Of a stretch of 64,000 nucleotides of DNA, positions 34,026 through 41,641 are shown one piece after another. How positions within the stretch are numbered: the first letter of the stretch is position 1; each line of letters starts with the position of its first letter. Under the pieces are notes generated by a model, which was not told the origin of the DNA, ran no database searches, and worked only from the letters and a program-made list of their open reading frames with translations. The position numbers and the translations under genes were made by a program. The DNA comes from Clostridia bacterium (GTDB taxonomy: Bacteria > Bacillota > Clostridia > Christensenellales > CAG-138), in the NCBI GenBank assembly GCA_003246365.1, contig QKAN01000053.1, forward strand, positions 15,842 to 79,841, given 5' to 3'.

Positions 34026-35537
34026 ATGGGCATTGAGTATCGCAAGCTGCAAAACGGCAGCGACATCCGCGGCGTCGCGATGGATGGCATCGAAGGACAG
34101 CCGGTTACGCTGACCGCCGAAGCGGTGACCAATATCGCCAAAGCGTTTGTGCTGTTTCTACAGGAAAAGTTCAACAAGAGCGACCTTCGCATCTCTATCG
34201 GGCGGGATTCCCGACTCTCCGGAGAAATGCTGCTCGGCGCCGCGGCGGAAGGCATATTGGAAATGGGCGCAGACTTGGCGGACTTCGGCCTCGCCAGTAC
34301 ACCGAGCATGTTTATGAGCACCGTGACAAAGGGATATGAATACGACGGCGCGATCATGCTGACCGCGAGCCACCTGCCCTGGAACCGCAACGGCATCAAG
34401 TTTTTTACCAAGCTCGGCGGGTTTGAAAAAAGCGACATCGCGAGCATCCTCGCCAGCGCGGAGGCGGACGCGTTTATCCCCGCCGTCGATCGCGGCACGC
34501 TGACACAGGTCGATTTCCTCTCCGTCTATGCGCAAGGACTTGTCGACCGCATCCGCAGCGGAGTCAACGCGGAAGATTACGATCACCCGCTCAAGGGATT
34601 CCGCATCGTGGTGGACGCGGGCAACGGCGCGGGCGGATTTTATGTGGATCGCGTGTTGCAACCGCTCGGCGCGGACACGACGGGCAGTCAGTTTCTAGAG
34701 CCCGACGGACACTTTCCCAACCATCAGCCGAACCCCGAGGACAAGGCCGCTATGGATTCCGTCGCACAGTGCGTGCTTGCCAACAAGGCCGACATGGGCA
34801 TTATCTTCGACACGGACGTTGACCGCGCAGGCGCGGTTGCAAACGACGGCAAGGAGATTAACCGCAACCGGCTCATCGCGCTGATTTCCGCCGTACTGCT
34901 GGAAGAGCACCCGGGCACGACCATCGTGACGGACTCGATCACCTCCAGCGGGCTTGCGGAATTCATCGCGGCGAAAGGCGGCGTGCATCACCGCTTTAAA
35001 CGCGGATATAAGAACGTAATCGACGAATCCATCCGCATCAATAAGGGCGGAAAGGACAGCCAGCTCGCCATCGAAACCTCCGGTCACGGCGCGCTGAAGG
35101 AAAACTATTTCCTCGACGACGGCGCGTTTCTGATCACCAAGCTGCTCATCAAGATGGCGCAGCTCAAGAAGGAAAACCGCACGCTGTTTTCGCTGATCGA
35201 CTCCCTTGCGGAACCCGCAGAGAGCACCGAGGTGCGCATGAACATCACCGTGCCGGAATTTGCGCCCTACGGCAGCGGAATTTTAAAAGACCTGGCGGAC
35301 TACGCGGCAAAACAAAACTGGGATGTGGCAAAGGAAAACTACGAAGGCCTCCGCGTTTCCTTCGGCGCGGGTGCGGGCGACGGATGGTTCCTGCTGCGCA
35401 TGTCGCTGCACGATCCGCTGATGCCGCTGAACATCGAGAGCAACTCCGCCGGCGGCGTACACCAGATCGCGGAAAAGCTGTATGCGTTTTTGAGCGGGTA
35501 TGACAAGCTGGATACGAGTAAGTTGAAGGGCGTGTAA
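34026..35537 (+). CDS. alpha-D-phosphohexomutase (phosphomannomutase/phosphoglucomutase family)
   Basis: Start at ATG 34026. Catalytic loop 'TASHLPWNRNGIKF', metal loop 'FDTDVDR', sugar loop 'GHGALKEN'. Confidence 0.85.
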   Translation: MGIEYRKLQNGSDIRGVAMDGIEGQPVTLTAEAVTNIAKAFVLFLQEKFNKSDLRISIGRDSRLSGEMLLGAAAEGILEMGADLADFGLASTPSMFMSTVTKGYEYDGAIMLTASHLPWNRNGIKFFTKLGGFEKSDIASILASAEADAFIPAVDRGTLTQVDFLSVYAQGLVDRIRSGVNAEDYDHPLKGFRIVVDAGNGAGGFYVDRVLQPLGADTTGSQFLEPDGHFPNHQPNPEDKAAMDSVAQCVLANKADMGIIFDTDVDRAGAVANDGKEINRNRLIALISAVLLEEHPGTTIVTDSITSSGLAEFIAAKGGVHHRFKRGYKNVIDESIRINKGGKDSQLAIETSGHGALKENYFLDDGAFLITKLLIKMAQLKKENRTLFSLIDSLAEPAESTEVRMNITVPEFAPYGSGILKDLADYAAKQNWDVAKENYEGLRVSFGAGAGDGWFLLRMSLHDPLMPLNIESNSAGGVHQIAEKLYAFLSGYDKLDTSKLKGV

Positions 35538-35557
35538 AAAATCATAGTATAGATTAG

Positions 35558-35596
35558 TAAAAAGGCGAGCAGTGTATAAACGCTGCTCGCCTAAAA
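35558..35596. terminator. bidirectional intrinsic terminator
   Basis: AGGCGAGCAG-TGTATAAACG-CTGCTCGCCT, with TTTTT on the minus strand and an A/T-rich tail on the plus strand. Confidence 0.7.
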
Positions 35597-35605
35597 TAAT
35601 GTTTT

Positions 35606-35776
35606 CTATCTCATCTTGCTTGCATGAACAGAAGTAGCTAGGTTATTATACGCGTCTTTTTTCCAATCAGGCCACCTCATGATTTCACCTTTTATCTCTT
35701 GGTACTTAACCGTATGTCCCGTTTGATTTTTTTGTTTCGAATACTGTGTGCTCTTTGATTTTGATACGGTTCCCAT
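35606..35776 (-). CDS. 56-codon basic small ORF coupled to the deaminase gene (not in ORF track)
   Basis: My translation: MGTVSKSKSTQYSKQKNQTGHTVKYQEIKGEIMRWPDWKKDAYNNLATSVHASKMR*. ATG 35776 lies 3 nt after the TAA of 35780..37240. GGAGGAG (the last codons of the upstream gene) lies 6 nt before it. The only terminator follows this ORF. Confidence 0.5.
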   Translation of the reverse strand: MGTVSKSKSTQYSKQKNQTGHTVKYQEIKGEIMRWPDWKKDAYNNLATSVHASKMR

Positions 35777-35779
35777 ATC

Positions 35780-37240
35780 TTACTCCTCCGTTATATTTGA
35801 TGTTTCGTCCTCAAAAATTATTCTTGTAGCATATTCACTTTCCAAGTACGTTAGTAAAGACATTGGGCTACGTAATGAGGCTGTTTCGGAATCCCAGTCT
35901 GCTTTTGTTCCATCATCTTTTTTTCTAGTTCTAGAATAACATTTTCTTGATTTCATAGCAAACAAATCTATATACTTACTTGGCCCAACGCCTACGAATG
36001 GTTCAAATAAAACTTTTTCTTTTTCAAACCGATTTGAAATTTCAGTTTTATAGAAGTCAAATGTCTTACTCTTTGGATAAGGCTCAATATATACAACTCG
36101 CTTTATACCAGCAGCAATAATATGTTTTGCACAATTGTGGCACGGAAAAGTAGTAACAAATAATTCAGCACCTTCGCATGAAATATTGTTCCTTGAGCAC
36201 ATAAGTAATGCTTCCATTTCTGCATGAACAACACGACCATATTCAGTCAGATCACCAATTCCTGCCTTCTTCACAGCTTCAATGTTCGCATTTGTACTAC
36301 TCTTTTTTAATGATTTCAGTATTGCTTCAATTATCTTTTTTTGTTCAATTTTATTACGATCATATCCATTAGTATAATCTCGTCCCCCATCTATGTCAGA
36401 AAAAGCCCCATCGATTTGTTGAATAGGCCAATATAACCCACCAAATGCTTTAGGACAATCATTTACACCCGATGCAAGGATTTCGTTGTTTTTCGCTATT
36501 ACAGCTCCAACTTGGCGAGATAAATCCGCAGAACGTAGTGATGTTGCATATGCCATAAACATAGCATATTCGTCAAAACTCGGTGTATAAAATGGTTCTC
36601 CAAATAACAAGTCCATTAGGCGAGATACACAATTCTTGATATAATCATTGCTGTCTTTGATATCAAAAAAATAGTCAGATAATTGAAAAGCTTCTTGAGT
36701 GTGTTGACCGTGTCCTATATTCTCATTTTCATCTCGATCAAGTAGTTCTTGTGCTTTGTTTTCAGGGATACCCTTCCGTTTCAAGAAACTTATTCTTCTT
36801 TCATAACTACTTGTTATACCAAGAAAATGCGCTCCATCTCCATATATTGCTCGAAGTCTTTGAACCTCTGATGGATGCTTTATGGATTTTACAATATAAG
36901 CGACTCTTTTTCTTGGAGCTTGTTGCAAACCGAGTACTTCTCTTTTTTGATTCACATAAGCCGCAACACCGCTCATTAATACTGAATTGTCATGCGCCTC
37001 TTTCCTAATTCTATTGCCTAAACCCATGTAGTGACTGATTCTATCGTATTCGTTCATACCTTCAGGACGAAAATTCGGTTCAAACTGAGATAGGATATCT
37101 TTGGAAACCGAAATTACTTCTGTTGAATAATGGAACTTGTTCAAGCAATCTTTCATAATCGAAATTAAATCTTCAACATCAGTTCCAACAGTAGTAATTA
37201 AGCCTAATACAAGTTCACTATCATTTGTAAAAATTGTCAT
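35780..37240 (-). CDS. AvcD/DcdV-like kinase-like + cytidine/dCMP deaminase fusion (anti-phage dCTP deaminase family)
   Basis: 486 aa, AT-rich. Deaminase zinc motifs HAE ('GRVVHAEMEALL') and PCxxC ('TFPCHNCAKHIIAAGIKRVVYIEPYP'). The N-terminal 230 aa begins 'LVLGLITTVGTD' in the P-loop position. AAAGGTG upstream. Confidence 0.8.
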   Translation of the reverse strand: MTIFTNDSELVLGLITTVGTDVEDLISIMKDCLNKFHYSTEVISVSKDILSQFEPNFRPEGMNEYDRISHYMGLGNRIRKEAHDNSVLMSGVAAYVNQKREVLGLQQAPRKRVAYIVKSIKHPSEVQRLRAIYGDGAHFLGITSSYERRISFLKRKGIPENKAQELLDRDENENIGHGQHTQEAFQLSDYFFDIKDSNDYIKNCVSRLMDLLFGEPFYTPSFDEYAMFMAYATSLRSADLSRQVGAVIAKNNEILASGVNDCPKAFGGLYWPIQQIDGAFSDIDGGRDYTNGYDRNKIEQKKIIEAILKSLKKSSTNANIEAVKKAGIGDLTEYGRVVHAEMEALLMCSRNNISCEGAELFVTTFPCHNCAKHIIAAGIKRVVYIEPYPKSKTFDFYKTEISNRFEKEKVLFEPFVGVGPSKYIDLFAMKSRKCYSRTRKKDDGTKADWDSETASLRSPMSLLTYLESEYATRIIFEDETSNITEE

Positions 37241-37391
37241 ATTACACCTTTGAAATGAAATGTATGATTATATATTAGTTTATACTGGAGAATAAGAATC
37301 TGCAAGAACTAATTATAACAGTATTCATCTCATAGTTTATATTTGTAATAAAACAACATCTCGAGCTATAATTCATAGAAAATATTAGAGA

Positions 37392-37420
37392 CCCCGCAGC
37401 TCACACCGCGGGGTTTTATT
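37392..37420. terminator. GC-rich hairpin (hutI terminator; also terminator-like on the plus strand)
   Basis: CCCCGC-AGCTCACAC-CGCGGGG with TTTTATT on the plus side. Confidence 0.6.
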
Positions 37421-37450
37421 CATCCAACTCTAATTAAATAACCAAAAAAA

Positions 37451-38680
37451 TCAAACTACAACCTTCCCCTTTTTCACAACCGCCTTCACCTGATTGCTCC
37501 CCATGCGGTAGCAAAGCATCTCCATGCCGTCCGCGTTCCAGAGGGTCAAGTCGGCTTGTTTGCCGACTTCAACGGTGCCGAGCCGGTCGCCAAGACCGAT
37601 TGCGCAGGCAGCGTTGAGCGTCAGCGCGGTCAACGTTTCCTCCGGCGTCATGCGATATCTTAAGTACGCAAGATTCGCCGAAAGCTGGAGGTTCAGCGAC
37701 GGGCACGACCCGGGGTTAAAGTCCGACGCGACCGCAACGGGCACGCCGAATTCAATCATCTTTCTTGCATGCGCAAACGGTTTGTTGAGATAGAGCGACG
37801 TCTGCGGCAGCAGGCACGCGGTCACGCCGCCTTTGGCGAGGGACTCAATCCCGCAATCGTCGGTGGCGATCAAATGCTCCGCCGACACCGCACCGAGCTC
37901 GCCTGCGAGCACCGCGCCGCCGAGCGCGTCTATTTCGTCCGCATGGATTTTCAGGCACATGCCGAGCGAACGCGCGGTTTCCAGCACGCGCCTGCTCTGT
38001 TCCACGGAAAACACGCCCGTTTCGCAGAACACATCGCAATACCGCGCCAAATCCTCCGCGGCAACGCCCGGCAGGATGGAACGGCAGATCAACTCCACAT
38101 AGTCGTCCGTCCGTCCGGCATATTCCGGCGGAACGGCGTGCGCCGACATGCAGGTCGGCACAACGTCCATCGCGTGTTCATGGCCGAGCCGCCGCACCAC
38201 GCGCAGCTGCTTGAGCTCGTTTTCCAAATCGAGTCCGTACCCGCTCTTGATCTCCGTTGTGGTCACGCCGAGATGCAGCTGCTCGTCCAGAAAACCCTTT
38301 GCGCGCTGAAACAGCTCTTCCTCGCATAGCTCCCGCGTTTTCCGCACGGTGTCGAGAATGCCGCCGCCCGATTGCAAAATTTCCAGATAGTCCGCGCCGT
38401 TGAGTTTCAGAGGGATTTCATGCTGTCGCCAGCCGCCGAACACGAGATGCGTATGCGAATCCACCCAACCGGGGGTTGCAAACGCGCCGCCCGCGTCCAG
38501 CGTCTGCGTGTCCGCCGGACAATCGGGCAAACAGCCGCGCTCGGTTATCTCGACGATGGTTTCCCCTTCGATGAGAACCGACGCATCCCTATATTTGCGG
38601 TTTTCGCCCTGCGCCTGCCCTTTTCGGCTGGTGTTGCCCAGCGGCGTTTGCAGCAGCGATATGTTTTTTATCAGCAGCAT
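37451..38680 (-). CDS. hutI: imidazolonepropionase
   Basis: Start at ATG 38680. 'ATPGWVDSHTHLVFGG', 'HADE', and a C-terminal 'DFNPGS' amidohydrolase pattern. Confidence 0.9.
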   Translation of the reverse strand: MLLIKNISLLQTPLGNTSRKGQAQGENRKYRDASVLIEGETIVEITERGCLPDCPADTQTLDAGGAFATPGWVDSHTHLVFGGWRQHEIPLKLNGADYLEILQSGGGILDTVRKTRELCEEELFQRAKGFLDEQLHLGVTTTEIKSGYGLDLENELKQLRVVRRLGHEHAMDVVPTCMSAHAVPPEYAGRTDDYVELICRSILPGVAAEDLARYCDVFCETGVFSVEQSRRVLETARSLGMCLKIHADEIDALGGAVLAGELGAVSAEHLIATDDCGIESLAKGGVTACLLPQTSLYLNKPFAHARKMIEFGVPVAVASDFNPGSCPSLNLQLSANLAYLRYRMTPEETLTALTLNAACAIGLGDRLGTVEVGKQADLTLWNADGMEMLCYRMGSNQVKAVVKKGKVVV

Positions 38681-38699
38681 GGCGTTCCCCCGTACGGCG

Positions 38700-39593
38700 T
38701 CAGTTGAGGCGGTATTCCAGAACCTGCGTTTCCGGATCGAAATTTTCGATGCCAAGATAATATTCCGCGCTGTCGATCAGCGCGCGCATCGGCACAAGGC
38801 CGACAATCTCCGTGCCAACGACGCTGACACCATAACGCGCCGCTTCGAACCGCACGAACTCCACCACGCGATACAACGGTGTCTGGCAATAATTCGTCAT
38901 GTTGATGGACACCTGTGCGGTGTCGCGCTCTTTGAGGTATACGCCCATCGCCTTGACGCAGGACAGCCCGCCGCCGGACTGGCGGATGACGCGCGCGATC
39001 TTGTCCGCAATGGCAACGTCATTGGTAGAGAGGTTGATGTTAAACGCGATGAGCGGCGCGCGCGCGCCGACGGCGACCACGCCCGCGGTGGGATGCACCC
39101 TGCGTCCGCCGAAATCCGGTTCCCACTGCGCCTCTTTCACCTTTTCAAACATGCCCTCGAACTGCCCCTTGCGGATGCTCGCGAGGTTTTCGCGATGCGG
39201 CGCGGTGGCCGATGCTTCATATAAAAACACGGGGATGCCCGCTTCCTGCCAGATGCGTTCGCCGACGCGCTTGGAAATGGCGACACATTCATCCATCGTC
39301 GCCTCACGAATCGGAATAAAAGGAATCACGTCCACCGCGCCCATGCGGGGATGTTCCCCCTTGTGCTGGGTGAGGTCGATGCAGCGCGATGCGATTTTCG
39401 CGAGCTCCACCGCCGCCTCTTCCACGCCCGCGGGATCGCCGACAAAGGTGATGACCGTGCGGTTGTGGCTCGCGTCGCTGGAAGTGCCCAAAAGCGTAAC
39501 CCCCGGAACCGCGCGCACAACGCCCGCAACTTCCGCAACGATTGACGCATCCGCGCTGGATATATTTGGAACGCATTCGATGACTTTCGACAT
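38700..39593 (-). CDS. ftcD: glutamate formimidoyltransferase
   Basis: Start at ATG 39593 (MSKVIECVPNIS..). 'HNRTVITFVGDP', 'HPRMGAVDVIPFIP'. Transferase domain only. Confidence 0.85.
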   Translation of the reverse strand: MSKVIECVPNISSADASIVAEVAGVVRAVPGVTLLGTSSDASHNRTVITFVGDPAGVEEAAVELAKIASRCIDLTQHKGEHPRMGAVDVIPFIPIREATMDECVAISKRVGERIWQEAGIPVFLYEASATAPHRENLASIRKGQFEGMFEKVKEAQWEPDFGGRRVHPTAGVVAVGARAPLIAFNINLSTNDVAIADKIARVIRQSGGGLSCVKAMGVYLKERDTAQVSINMTNYCQTPLYRVVEFVRFEAARYGVSVVGTEIVGLVPMRALIDSAEYYLGIENFDPETQVLEYRLN

Positions 39594-39597
39594 ATCT

Positions 39598-41625
39598 TTA
39601 TTTCTCCTGTTCGTTTTCACAAAGTATTCGATCGAGCAGCGCGTCGCTTGCCAGATAGGGAAGAGTGATATGCGCGTTTGCCCCCTCGCGCTGATTATAC
39701 CGCGCGGCGGTGGTTAGCGCACCCTCGTTTCCGGCCCAGCTTCGTCTGGCGACGCCGCCGATTACATCCCATTGTATCGCGCTTTCGATGATTTCGTCCG
39801 TGCGTTCGCTACCATCCAGCAGAAGACCGAATCCGCCGTTGATCGCCTTGCCGATGCCGACGCCGCCGCCGTTGTGCAGGGCGCAGAGCGTCATGCCGCG
39901 CGCGGCGTTGCCCGCAAAGCACTGCACCGCCATGTCCGCCATGACGTTGCTGCCATCCTTGATGTTCGCCGTTTCGCGAAAAGGGGAGTCCGCGCCGGAA
40001 ACGTCGTGATGATCGCGCCCGAGCATGACGGGGCCGATTTCGCCGCACCGCACCATGTCGTTAAACTTCAGCGCGATCCTGCGCCTGCCTTCCTCATCCT
40101 GATATAGGATGCGCGCTTCGGTTCCGACGACCAGTTTGTTCGCCTCCGCGTCGCGAATCCAAACGAAATTATCTCGATCCTGCCAGTTTCTGTCCGGGTC
40201 GATGCATTCCATCGCCGCGCGGTCGGTCTTAACCAGATCCTCGTGTTTGCCGGAGAGACAGACCCAGCGGAACGGACCATAGCCGTAATCGAACAGAAGA
40301 GGACCCATGATGTCCTCCACATAGGACGGAAACACAAATCCGTCTTTTGTATCGACGCCGTTTTTTGCGATTTCGGTGACGCCCGCGTCAAACACCGCCT
40401 TGAGAAACGAATTGCCGTAGTCGAAAAACCGCGTGCCGCGCTCCGCCAGCGATTGAATTGCCCGACAATGCCGCCGGAGCGACAAATCCACCTGATGGCG
40501 AAACGCATCCCGGTCGCTGTGCAGCAGATCTGTCCGCTCCTCAAACGTTAACCCGACCGGGCAGTATCCGCCGTTGTAAGCGTTGTGACACGAGGTTTGG
40601 TCGCTGAGAATGTCGATTGCAAACCCGCTCGCAACCGCCGCCTCCAGCAAATCTACGATATTGCCGTGGTAGGCAATTGAGACGCTTTGCTTCTTTTGAC
40701 GGTAATCGTTTGCCAGGGCGAACACTTCATCCAAATCGGACGAAACGGCGTTCACCCAGCCCTGCGCGTGGCGGGTTTGGATGCGGGAAGCGTCCACCTC
40801 CGCGAAAATGCCCACCGCGTTTGCTATGTTGGCGGCCTTCGGCTGCGCGCCGCTCATGCCGCCGAGACCGGAGGAAACGAACACGCGCCCCGCAAGATCG
40901 CCTTCCGGCGATACGCCGAGATATTTACGCCCGACGCCGAGAATCGTGTTGAATGTGCCGTGCACAATGCCCTGCGGGCCGATATACATCCAGCCGCCCG
41001 CGGTCATCTGCCCATAGTTGGCAACGCCCATCTGCTCCGCAATTTCCCAGTCGTTGAGATTATCAAACATGCCGATCATCATCGCGTTGGTTAAAATCAC
41101 GCGCGGGGCTGTCGGCCTGCTCGGAAACAATCCAACCGGATGGCCGGACTCGAGAACCAGCGTCTGTTCGTCCGTCAACTCTTCCAGATATCGCTTGATC
41201 AACCGGTATTGCAGCCAGTTCTGGCAGGGTTGTCCCGTTTCGCCGTAAGTCACGAGTTCGTAGGGGTAAAGCGCGATGTCAAAATCGAGATTGTTGTCGA
41301 TCATCACCTGAAACGCCTTGCCGGCAAGACAGTTTCCTTTATATTCGTCAATCGGCTTGCCGTAAATGCGTCCTTCCGGACGATAGCGGTAGGCATAGAT
41401 GCGGCCCCGCGTTTTCAGCTCATGCAAAAATTCCGGCGCAAGAGTTTCATGCAGAGATTCCGGCACATAGCGCAGCGCGTTTTTCAGCGCCTGCCGCGTC
41501 TGCGCGGGACTCAAACAAAAACCGCGGTCCGGCGCGCGCCGTTTGGTCGGATCAAATTGCGGCATGGGCGGCAGCTCCGCCCCGAGGGTAATCGTCCTAG
41601 CCTGCCGTATTTCTTCGTTCATCAT
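39598..41625 (-). CDS. hutU: urocanate hydratase (long form)
   Basis: 675 aa with AGGAGG 7 nt upstream. 'GGMSGAQPKA', 'GPFRWVC', 'HNGGGVGIG'. Confidence 0.9.
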   Translation of the reverse strand: MMNEEIRQARTITLGAELPPMPQFDPTKRRAPDRGFCLSPAQTRQALKNALRYVPESLHETLAPEFLHELKTRGRIYAYRYRPEGRIYGKPIDEYKGNCLAGKAFQVMIDNNLDFDIALYPYELVTYGETGQPCQNWLQYRLIKRYLEELTDEQTLVLESGHPVGLFPSRPTAPRVILTNAMMIGMFDNLNDWEIAEQMGVANYGQMTAGGWMYIGPQGIVHGTFNTILGVGRKYLGVSPEGDLAGRVFVSSGLGGMSGAQPKAANIANAVGIFAEVDASRIQTRHAQGWVNAVSSDLDEVFALANDYRQKKQSVSIAYHGNIVDLLEAAVASGFAIDILSDQTSCHNAYNGGYCPVGLTFEERTDLLHSDRDAFRHQVDLSLRRHCRAIQSLAERGTRFFDYGNSFLKAVFDAGVTEIAKNGVDTKDGFVFPSYVEDIMGPLLFDYGYGPFRWVCLSGKHEDLVKTDRAAMECIDPDRNWQDRDNFVWIRDAEANKLVVGTEARILYQDEEGRRRIALKFNDMVRCGEIGPVMLGRDHHDVSGADSPFRETANIKDGSNVMADMAVQCFAGNAARGMTLCALHNGGGVGIGKAINGGFGLLLDGSERTDEIIESAIQWDVIGGVARRSWAGNEGALTTAARYNQREGANAHITLPYLASDALLDRILCENEQEK

Positions 41626-41641
41626 ACCCGTGCCTCCTTAC

